Shown in pieces: positions 27,812-36,958 of a stretch of DNA of 36,958 nt. A program made the position numbers and the translations under genes. The notes beneath the pieces are model-generated. The model was not told where the DNA came from. It made no database searches and saw only the letters and a program-made list of their open reading frames with translations. Origin of the DNA: a virus (taxonomy: Duplodnaviria; Heunggongvirae; Uroviricota; Caudoviricetes); the IMG/VR virus record IMGVR_UViG_3300033463_000046; one strand, given 5' to 3'. Every line of letters begins with the position of its first letter. The stretch's first letter is position 1.

Positions 27812-28455
27812 TTTGGTTAACAAGTGATACTCATTTCGGGCATGATAATATTATTAAGTACTGCGCCCGGCCATTTGCTAATACTGAAGAAATGGATGCA
27901 ACACTTATTAAGAATTGGAACGAGCATGTTGCTTTAGATGATACAGTATATCATCTTGGTGACTTTGCTTGGGGTACTATAGGATATTGGGAAAAGATTC
28001 GTGAGAAGCTTAATGGTGATATTCATCTTATTATAGGTAATCACGATGAACGATTTGTAAATAATGAGAGGATGCACAAACTCTTTAAAGAGATTACCTA
28101 TCAAAAACGTATTTGGTATGGTAAGAAATGTCTTTATTTAAATCATTACCCATTCCTATGTTTTGGTGGAGCTTATAAAGGTCTTGATGCTGTATGGCAA
28201 GCCTTCGGACATGTCCATAGTAATAACAGATCTGAAATAGGTCTTGATCATAAAAGACTTATTCATTGTTTCCCAACTCAATATGATGTTGGAGTAGACA
28301 ATAATGATTTCCGACCAATCTCTATTGAAGAATTTGCTCAGATTATGGAGAATAGAATGATGTCTTTAGGAATGTATAGTTCTGATTGTTCTAGTCATAA
28401 GTACACTGAGGAAGACTTAAAGAAATTTAAAGAAAATGAAGGTTTGGTTAAATGA
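27808..28455 (+). CDS. calcineurin-like metallophosphoesterase
   Basis: SDTHFGH, HLGDF, GNHD, NHYP, GHVH, DVGVD. Confidence 0.9.
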   Translation: MIWLTSDTHFGHDNIIKYCARPFANTEEMDATLIKNWNEHVALDDTVYHLGDFAWGTIGYWEKIREKLNGDIHLIIGNHDERFVNNERMHKLFKEITYQKRIWYGKKCLYLNHYPFLCFGGAYKGLDAVWQAFGHVHSNNRSEIGLDHKRLIHCFPTQYDVGVDNNDFRPISIEEFAQIMENRMMSLGMYSSDCSSHKYTEEDLKKFKENEGLVK

Positions 28456-28747
28456 TTTAAAACCCGGAGATAAATTCTGGGTATGTGATTGGGAGGGGCC
28501 AAGAGAAGTAGAAATCTTGGGCCCTGACCATGATCCATCTTTTGCTATGTCGAGATGGAAATTAAGTGATGGAACTTCTACATTTGTTAATCATTATGTA
28601 TTTACTACTAAAGAGGAAGCTATTGACGATTTCTTACCTAAGTTAAGAAAACAACTTGAGAAATTAGAGAAAGCACAAGCTTATACTCAAATTGAGATAA
28701 ATATGTGTAAAGAACAAATCGCCAATTACGAGAAATGTCTGAATTAA
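28436..28747 (+). CDS. hypothetical protein (SH3-like N-terminus plus coiled coil)
   Basis: DLKPGDKFWV N-terminus, heptad-like C-terminus. Confidence 0.65.
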   Translation: MKVWLNDLKPGDKFWVCDWEGPREVEILGPDHDPSFAMSRWKLSDGTSTFVNHYVFTTKEEAIDDFLPKLRKQLEKLEKAQAYTQIEINMCKEQIANYEKCLN

Positions 28748-29172
28748 AATATAACGTATGTTTTACCCTTGGTGATCCAAGTGGTGACGGTCACGCTAAC
28801 ACTTCCGATTATCATATGGTATCAAATTATCCAGCAAAGGAAATAGATGAAGCTTATAAAAAGGCTACTGAAATTCTTGGATTTGATTTTGTAGATAAAG
28901 TCGGAGCAGATTATCAAGATAGTAGACTTCGTGAACCTTATTTCTCAATTCTTATTGAAAAGGGAATAATAAAGAAAGAGGATTACGAATATGAATATAA
29001 AGGTGAAATACATCTTGATACATATTTAGATGAAGACGACTTTATAGATATTTTTGAGAGTATTTGTCAATTAGTTTTACCAGATTTAGTAGTAGATTAC
29101 AGAGATTTGGAAGAACAACAAATATTCTCCTTAGAAGGTGCTGCTTATGGTATAGCATATCATGGAGAATAA
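28735..29172 (+). CDS. acidic hypothetical phage protein
   Basis: 145 aa, LGDPSGDGH motif. Confidence 0.75.
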   Translation: MSELKYNVCFTLGDPSGDGHANTSDYHMVSNYPAKEIDEAYKKATEILGFDFVDKVGADYQDSRLREPYFSILIEKGIIKKEDYEYEYKGEIHLDTYLDEDDFIDIFESICQLVLPDLVVDYRDLEEQQIFSLEGAAYGIAYHGE

Positions 29173-29740
29173 ATTAAAAAGAATAATTAAAAGTACAATA
29201 CTTTGTATACGTTTTCCTTTTCTTTATCCTCGTAATCGTTTCACAGGTCTTCATTATAATAATTGGAAAATCTTAGAGAAAGCTTCTCAATATTATAGAG
29301 AGGCAACTCATACTAGAGATTTTAAAGTTATTATAATTAATAGACGTAAGTGGTTTTGTGGGAAGTTTCTTATATGGTGGCATAACAATGTATTACAATG
29401 GATACACTGCTTAACCAAATATACAGAGTTAGATGCCTTAGAACCTGGATGGAAAAAGAAATTCGGAAAAGAAATTTGTGAAGACATCAAGAAACAACTT
29501 AAAAAAGAAGGAAATTTATATAAATATCGCATTACTCAAATAAAGGAGAAATGGGGATATTTACATTGGTATGATAATGGTAGTCATGAAATAATGAAGA
29601 TTATTAACAAATATGAAGAGATTTCTCGTCATACTTGTATAGTTTGCGGAAAGCCTGCAACCAAGATTAGTAAAGGTTGGATTAGTCCCTATTGCGATGA
29701 CTGTATTGGGGATCAGGATTATGATGAAATCGATGATTAA
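29162..29740 (+). CDS. phage protein with C-terminal zinc ribbon
   Basis: QIKEKWGYLHWY followed by CIVCG...GW...CDDC. Confidence 0.8.
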   Translation: MENKLKRIIKSTILCIRFPFLYPRNRFTGLHYNNWKILEKASQYYREATHTRDFKVIIINRRKWFCGKFLIWWHNNVLQWIHCLTKYTELDALEPGWKKKFGKEICEDIKKQLKKEGNLYKYRITQIKEKWGYLHWYDNGSHEIMKIINKYEEISRHTCIVCGKPATKISKGWISPYCDDCIGDQDYDEIDD

Positions 29741-30224
29741 TATAAGTAAAGAATTAATGTTAGCTATGGTAGAAAAGAAGAACGCTGTAGCAGGTAAAGA
29801 AGATACCACTTTAATTGACCTTAAATTAAATGCACTTAAAGACTTTAAGACAAAAATAATTGAATTCCAAACATCTGGTTCAGGAAAGACTTATGATGCT
29901 AAGGCTGAACTCGATATTCTTAAGAGCTTGATTAAGCAGCGCAAAAACTCTCTTGAAGAATATAAAAATGGCGGTAGACAGGATCTAGCCGACAAAGAGG
30001 CTGTGGAGATCGAGACACTAGAAAAACTCCTTCCTGAGCTCCCAAATGAAGCGACAATAGGTGCTACGTATTTGGAGTGGCGTCAGAATTCGGTGTCATC
30101 TCTGGAATTTCCATACATTACGAAAAAAGAAATGGGCAATGCAATTAGGTCAGTTTCTGAGAAATTTGCTTTAGTAGATAAAGCACTCGTAAGTAAGGTA
30201 ATTAAAGAATACGTTTCAGAATGA
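29733..30224 (+). CDS. GatB/YqeY domain protein
   Basis: ELDILKSLIKQRKNSLEEYKNGGRQDLADKEAVEIETLEKLLPE, characteristic of YqeY; ATG 29733 preferred. Confidence 0.85.
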   Translation: MINISKELMLAMVEKKNAVAGKEDTTLIDLKLNALKDFKTKIIEFQTSGSGKTYDAKAELDILKSLIKQRKNSLEEYKNGGRQDLADKEAVEIETLEKLLPELPNEATIGATYLEWRQNSVSSLEFPYITKKEMGNAIRSVSEKFALVDKALVSKVIKEYVSE

Positions 30225-30805
30225 TTATAGGTATTTCCGGAAAAGCTGAGTCTGGTAAAGATACGGCTGCTGAAATGTTAGAAGTAATATATGGAAATCC
30301 AGAAATAACCTTTGATGATTACTGTAATAAGAATTACAATAGGTTTGTTAATGTAAATACAGTACATTTTGCTGATACTTTGAAGGAAGCAACTCAAACA
30401 TTACTACATGTAGGTGCTTGGGAAACTAATACCCAGAAAGGTAAGAAGACTACTATTACTTGGCTAGGTATGACTGTACGAGAATTTCTTCAAAAGTTTG
30501 GCACTTGTGTAAGAGAAAGTATTGACAATTTATTCTGGATTAAAGAAACTTTTGCCAGTATTGATGGTTGGGAAAATGCTATTATAGCTGATGTACGTTT
30601 CCCAGAAGAAATACAAGCAATTAGGGAAAAAGGAGGAATAATACTTAGATTAGAAAGAGATGGTGCTGGAGCTGGTAATCATATCAGTGAAACAGCACTT
30701 GATAACTATAATGATTGGGATGAAGTAATTAATAATAACGATTCATTATCATCATTATTTGAACAATTAAAACAATTTGCGAAAGCGCATAAAATAGATA
30801 TATAA
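30221..30805 (+). CDS. deoxynucleoside monophosphate kinase
   Basis: IGISGKAESGKDT, HFADTLKE, REFLQKFGT, IADVRFPEE, HISE. Confidence 0.9.
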   Translation: MIIGISGKAESGKDTAAEMLEVIYGNPEITFDDYCNKNYNRFVNVNTVHFADTLKEATQTLLHVGAWETNTQKGKKTTITWLGMTVREFLQKFGTCVRESIDNLFWIKETFASIDGWENAIIADVRFPEEIQAIREKGGIILRLERDGAGAGNHISETALDNYNDWDEVINNNDSLSSLFEQLKQFAKAHKIDI

Positions 30806-30808
30806 ATT

Positions 30809-30849
30809 AAAGGCGGCTCGGGGAGAAATCCTCGGGTCGCCTTTTTTTT
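30809..30849. terminator. bidirectional Rho-independent terminator between convergent early and late blocks
   Basis: Stem AGGCGGCTCGGGGA / TCCTCGGGTCGCCT, GAAA loop, T-run on + strand and AAATTAAA (T-rich on - strand) upstream. Confidence 0.9.
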
Positions 30850-30855
30850 ACTCCG

Positions 30856-33800
30856 TTATTGGGTGTCTCGTACATACATCCTGTAAGTATCTCGGAATGC
30901 CCTGGTAAATGCTTGAGCACCCATGGTAGTGCCCATTAGGGTTTGGTCACCTGTTGCTAACTTATATAAATCGTTAAACATCTTCGTTGGAAGTTTGTAG
31001 GTGGCCGGGTTTGTTGAATTTCCTATATAATCAAGAACTGAGAATGGTCCAAAGAAGTTGTCCCAAGAATTATGCCAACCTTTGTAGGTAAGTTCAGTTA
31101 GAGCATTACTAACAATATTCTTACCATTAGCATTCTTCTTGTGTTCAGCATATGCTGGATCTAATGCTAACTTGAAGATAGCTCCATATAGTAACATCAT
31201 AAATATGTCAGAAAATAACTTGTTAAAGTTTCTTCTGTTTATATCATTATGTTTATATGAAACATCTACAGCTTCTTTTAATCCATTATTTACCCATTCT
31301 TTCGCGAATTGAACAACAGTATTGATAATACCTTGAACTTCTAATGGAACGTCTTTCATTACAGGAACACCTGTATCAACTTCAGTTGTAGTTCCATCAG
31401 GCGCAAAGAATAATGGTTTACCATTATCATCAGTTTCTTGAACTTCTTTAATTTCACTTTGAGATATTTGTCTCTTCTTAGCATAATTATCTACGATACC
31501 GTTCATCCAAGTAGAGAATATACCAAAGTTTCTACCGATAATAGTATGCTCATATTTAGCACGAGTACTTTGGTTATATGAACCATAAATATTATCAGAG
31601 AAGTGTTTGAAAGCAGCAATTTGTTGTTCAGTATATGCATCAGGCAAAGCATCACCTTCTACAAAAGGTTTACCCTGCTCATTGAGACGCCCTTCTTTAT
31701 TAAATTGTCTTAGTAAAGATAGATATTTAGAACGCTACTTATTATATTCTTCTGGATTATTTTGGAAACCATTTGGATCATTATAAACATTAAAACGTTT
31801 ATCCTTTTTCCAGTCATATATCAATTGTCCATCCTTGATATAATAAGCATCCTCAACGCCGTCATGATGCATACGAGCAGAGAATAATACCATTCTATTA
31901 AGATAGTCAGGAGCTCTTAAAGTAAAATATGCCATACTATCAGCATTAAGAACACCACTACCACTAGTCTTCAAACCTTCAGATATACGAGCAACATCAA
32001 GGTTAGAGAATCTATACTTAAGATTAAGCTGATTCAACTTAGATATTGTCATGACATTTTGAGGTCCTTCTAAGACTACTTGAGCATAACCATGTGCCAC
32101 ATCAGAAGGAGTTATATCTGTTTGGAATTTAACTAAACTTCGAACCATATTCTACTTAAGACCTTCAGATATATCACGAACCATAGCTACAGGGTTGGCA
32201 GCGATATAACAAACTGATACAGCTCTTCTAATAGGATCAAGAACATTTTCAATTTTCTTAGAAGTATCTTCCATAATAGATTTGTTATACACACTTACTG
32301 CCAAATAATCATTAATGGTTTTAACCGTATGTTCTATTCCTTTTGGATCATCTTCTGCAATTCCTCTCATTTGTAGATCCAGTAAGATGCCTTTAGTACG
32401 AGTAAGCATTTTATTGAATTCTACCGATTGAATATGTTTTTCCATAAAGTCAATCATGAGAGTTTCTACGTCAGTTTCAAAGTAATCAACACCATTTTTA
32501 TCAATATAATTCTGACGTAAGTTACTAGACATTTCTGACTTTAAGAATGGATTATAAGCTTGGAGGCGTTGAATGTCGTTGTCTCTTTGAATCTTTTCTT
32601 CCTCATTGAGAACACCTTCACTAAATTCTAAGAAAGTCTCTTTAGGGTGACGAATTATACCTTGCCATCTTCTTCCGAAGTCTTTCCAAGTTTTTCCAAC
32701 ATTTTCTCTGCGAGTTGCCTTAGAAGCTTTTCTAAGAGGAACATTTAAGTAATTTAATTCTCCATTATTTACTTTTTCGATGAGACCTTTATCATTAACT
32801 CCAGTATATTCCCATGTCATACCTTTCATTTCATGACGAATCTTGTTCATTTCATAAAGAATATCCTTTAAGAAATCTCTTTCATAATCTTCTAAATCAA
32901 CACTCATATCATAGGGATTTTTAAAGCGGAGAGTTTTTTCTCCATTCAAATCTCTTTCATATAAATTATCAAATTGAGCAGCGTGATTACCCACCAAGCT
33001 ATTCTCAGCAGCACTATATCCTTTCTTTTCTAAGAAGTTAAGAATCTTAGTTCTAATAGGTGAATATCTTTCAAGCATTTGGCTAGATATTTTATCAATA
33101 GAACGTTGGAACATAAAAGCTACTGTACGAACGTTGGTATTTGGAATAGATTGAGGCTTAGCAAAATATTCAGACATTTGACTAAAATACTCATTGTCAA
33201 GAGATAAGTCTCCACTGTACATATTTAGTGCTCTAAGAGCATTAATAAGAATACGTGCAGTTGTAGCTCTTTGAATACGTGTAGTATCTTTAGAATAATC
33301 AATAAGTTGCTGTATGTTAGCATTACCTATAACAGCATCATAACTTTTAATCATTTCAATTAACTGTTGTAATTTATTGATTTTTCCTTCAATAGTATCC
33401 ACGGTTTCAAGACCATCAACAAATGTTCCATCTACTGCAGTAGAACCCGTCATAATATTATTAAATGTGGCTTGAATATCCTTTGTATTCTCTGGATAAT
33501 CAGTAACAGCTTCTCTCCAAGTATCGACCACAATTTTAATTGGATCTATAGTTTTAATATTGTTCTTTTTAAAGTTATTTTCAAAATCTAACATTGAGTT
33601 ATTTTCCTTAACAACTTTAACTACAGTTTCAAACTATGGTAGTAATTGAGAAATCATAATATCACGTCCAGTCTTTCTGTGATATTTAGATAAGCTAACA
33701 ATTTTTAGTTGTCCGAGTTCTACATTTCCGAGAGAACCTACAACTTCATTAAGAAGAGTCATAGTACGGATAGCCTCTATATTACCATAGTTACTTTCCA

Positions 33801-35442
33801 TTATAAAGTTATGACTATTCATATCAGAGAGATAATATCCTAATATGTTATCACGACCTTTAACTTTACTCTTTAAATCAACTTCAAATGGTGTAAGAGA
33901 TACAACATCAAGTTGATTAGTTGTTTTATTGCGGAACATCAATACATTAGCATTGAAAAGAGTTTGGTTATCGATTAATTCCCACTTATATTCTGTAACA
34001 TGACCATCTTCATCCAAACCATTATTTTCATGGAAATACTTACCAAGTTGTCTTTCAAGTACACCATTTATTTCAGAATTACTTGACGTAGATAAGAAAT
34101 TGTGTTTATCTTTATAAGATTTTTTAATATCACTAACAATACGATAAGTAGTTTTAGCTCTTGCGGTATTACCGAATAAAGATTCTTCGCGGTCTCTTAC
34201 TAAACCTACAACAGTTTCGTTATCAACACCTACTCTAGTATCTTCTACATAAATAGGCTCTTTTTCACCGGGTAGTTTAATATTCCAACCCTTCTTATCA
34301 ACAGCCTGAGTTGCTATCTGTTTCCAGTTAGCTTGAACCCAACCCTTAGCAGACTCTCTAATACCTTCAGCAGCGATATCTTTATCTCTTCCTGGGAAGA
34401 TTTTATGAAGTTGCTCATTAACCTTAATTAAAGAAGAATCATTAATATCCGAAACTTCTATATTAGAGTCAATAAACTGAGAAGCAACATTATCATATCT
34501 TTGGAAGATATATTGAGAATTCTTAGTATCATATGAAACGTATCTTTGGGGTAAAACCCTTATCACATTTTCATATTTATCATCATATGTGATTTGAACA
34601 GGTACAAGATTTAAACGAATATCTCTTGCACTTATTCCATTATATTCAAGAATTTTCTTAATTAAAGCAAGTTGATACTTGAATTTCTCTTTCTTAGTAG
34701 CATCCCATTGAGACTCAGCTTCTGTAGATACTTTAAGATTGAAGATTTCAATATCACCATCAGGTTTTACAAATAAATAATCGATGTGACCAACAATAGT
34801 TTCAACTAGATTCTTAAGTTTGGCCTCTATATTGATATTACGAATTAGAGTAGAATCCTTTTGTCTATCCCATATATTTTTCATAATAGAGTCTACTGTA
34901 GGCCTTAATTGATCAGATACTTTCTAAAAAGACGTATTAAGAGAAGCTCCCATAAAGTATCTTTCAGTATCATCTGAGCTTGCAGATACTAATATTCTAT
35001 GAAGATCAGAAGCATCTTTAGCAATTCTTTCCCAATTAGCTAGAATTTGATTAACCTTAAAGGTTGCATCTTCCTCACTCATTTTCTCAACTTTCATATA
35101 GTACTCCTTCTTCCTCTTAGCATAGTCTTCCTTATTCATTCGGAACATGTCATAGTTACCGTCTACACTAAAATGAGCAGAGTCTATAAAGGTTTGACTA
35201 GTATATTTACCATCTTCTACTTTTATATCAGTATCATCATCAACAATACTTGACTATTTAGTAAAACCATAATTCTTCTTTAATTTTTCTATCTTATCCT
35301 TCATTGTAGCTTGTCTATTCTCTAAGTCCTTACTAAATAGAAGAGACAAAGCCTAAGAAAGTCCCTTATGTTTAGCTAAATCTTCCAATAGCTCATCATA
35401 AGATTTATATATTTTATCATTAAAACTATATTTACAAGGCAT
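30856..35442 (-). CDS. giant (1528 aa) putative virion-packaged/ejected protein with degenerate PD-(D/E)xK-like domain; six in-frame TAG codons
   Basis: Single frame from ATG 35442 (MPCKYSFNDK) to TAA 30858-30856. The only stops are TAG at 35353, 35254, 34924, 33634, 32152, 31735; junctions were translated by hand and are all in frame. Motif VGHIDYLFVKPDGDIEIFNLK...YQLAL. Confidence 0.8.
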
Positions 35443-35444
35443 TT

Positions 35445-36956
35445 TTAACAATCAAATTCGGTTAACGCTCTACTATCTATAAGTTCTTTAACAAGCTATG
35501 ATAATTTCATGTTCTTATCCATAGCCTTCATAACATCAGAATCAGCCATTAATGTTTGTACTAATCCTTGGAAATCTAAAGAATCATTGGGATTGGCATG
35601 AATAATGCTGTCAAAATCTTCTTGAATTTGAGTAAACATATCATTAAACTCATCGTCAAAATCAGTCCCATTAAATCCACTAACTAATGAACCTTTCTTG
35701 AACATATTCTGAGCCATAATACTTACTACAACTTCTTCTATCTTATCTTGTTTGGAAAAACCTCTATAAGCATCATCAACGCTTCCCATCATATTCAAAT
35801 ATCTATCAGTATATTTATCCTTAAAGTAGTCAATTAAATGATTATAAGCCTCAGGATTTGTAGCCTTTATTACTCCTAAGAATATGTGACCCATTTCATG
35901 GAACATATCAGATACATTAGCTTTAGCTCCATTGATATAAATTTTACCATCAAGAACAAATGCTCTGGTATCTTTTCCGAGTTTAAATCCTGGATGAGTT
36001 TTAGCATATTCTTCAACAAACTGATCAAGCTCTTCCTTAGAAAGAACATTTACATCAACTCCATATTTCTTATTAAAATACTCGGCAGCTGTATGCATAT
36101 CAGCCATTGTAGGATATATCTTATCAGGATTATTATACATTTCAATTACATTACCATCATTTTCTAAACGACGTAAGTAAGCAAAGTTACTCTAATCCTT
36201 ACTTTTACGAATAAACCTTTCTACTAAATAATGCTTAGGTTTAGCAGAATTAATCACATCAATAATTCCGTGAGCTAAATCAATATTTTTCTTAATTAAT
36301 GTTTTAAAGTCTCTCTCATTATCCTTCTTATTTTCAGCAAACTTCTTATTGATTTCATCGAAAAACTTAAACATAAAGATTGCCGCTTTCTCTGGGGTAT
36401 TTATTTCTTTAATACGTGGTATGGCGGAGAAATATTCTCTAAATGTAGGTAGGTTTCCATTAAGTAACATCTTCATAAATGAAGGCATACTATTTACCTA
36501 TATACTAGGAAGAGTTACATCCAAAGAAGTAATGATTTGACCAGTCCTTACATCTTTTAAGTTAAGTACAGAAGTACGAGGATCGTCTTTATATTGCTTG
36601 AGAATATACAAACTATTATCAAGAATAGAATGTGTCTCATTCCATTGGTTTATTTTGTTCTTAGCATCTTCTAAAGATGTATAAATAGAACTAGTTGAAT
36701 TTGGAGAAATTAAATGTCTTGATATAGCATATTCAGTTTGAGCGGTACGTGGATTATAATATTCGAAAATATATACTCCGTTATACATTCCATCTTCGTC
36801 AAAGTCAGCAGTATCGGTATTCTCTACTTTTTTTACTGGAGACCATATTGACAAATTATCATATGCATAATCGTGGAATCCTCCTAGTATTGACCAGGGA
36901 AATTTAAAAGTGATTACCTTGTTCTCCTGTTTAGTAACAATAGCAGCAGGTTCTGT
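35445..36956 (-). CDS. large putative virion protein with zincin-like HExxH motif (5'-truncated); three in-frame TAG codons
   Basis: Open from window end to TAA 35447-35445 apart from TAG at 36498, 36192, 35496. Motif IYING...MFHEMGHIF. Its stop lies 2 nt before the next ATG. Confidence 0.8.
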
Positions 36957-36958
36957 AT

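Noticed and set aside
2787-29809. Antisense ORFs in the + strand block (e.g. 2787..2984, 3786..4073, 6407..6739, 13709..14005, 22878..23249) and off-frame + ORFs (6546, 7266, 8262)
   Set aside because: They lie wholly or mostly opposite or inside well-supported genes and have F/I/L/S-rich shadow composition with no motifs.
1-30805. TGA recoding (code 4/25)
   Set aside because: TGA is the commonest stop in the + strand block, usually in ATGA overlaps that couple to the next start, and no gene is split by TGA.
35047-35253. + strand ORF of 68 aa, and alternative-frame - ORFs at 35886..36167 and 36349..36540
   Set aside because: Shadow frames of the recoded giant genes.
30856-36854. Eight separate - strand genes, or a pseudogenised region, as the ORF track suggests
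   Set aside because: All fragments of each gene share one frame, are separated only by TAG, show no frameshifts or TAA/TGA, and the restored genes abut neatly. Recoding explains this better than decay.
1-36958. Amber suppressor tRNA or other tRNA genes
   Set aside because: The few intergenic gaps (3184-3338, 3900-4006, 19173-19292, 27058-27092, 30806-30855) show no cloverleaf or T-loop GTTCGA pattern. Any suppressor must lie elsewhere.

Overview
36.9 kb, AT-rich segment of a crAss-like phage genome (order Crassvirales, inferred Bacteroidota gut host; the gene set and recoding resemble the 'delta'/Suoliviridae-type group, which is an inference). Positions 1-30805 are a near-gapless + strand replication and nucleotide-metabolism block of about 56 genes. 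It includes primase, Holliday junction resolvase, PD-(D/E)xK exonuclease, a free-standing zinc-repeat endonuclease, class III RNR nrdD/nrdG, dUTPase, DNA ligase, vWA protein, DRB0094-type RNA ligase, three metallophosphoesterases, a sigma70 factor, family A DNA polymerase, PNK/phosphatase, thioredoxin, ThyX, a PRTase-fold protein, YqeY and dNMP kinase, plus many small acidic proteins. A bidirectional terminator at about 30809-30849 separates it from a convergent - strand block. The ORF track shows that block as 8 fragments. Reading through the junctions by hand shows two very large genes (35442->30856, 1528 aa; and >36956->35445) broken only by 9 in-frame TAG codons, ending in TAA and separated by 2 nt, so TAG is almost certainly a sense codon (likely Gln, code 15). 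One + strand gene, the resolvase, also appears to carry a TAG at codon 4, upstream of a NUMOD1-like DNA-binding domain, and may be a recoding-gated switch. No tRNA, CRISPR array, intron or integrase was found. All function calls come from motif recognition by eye, not database searches.
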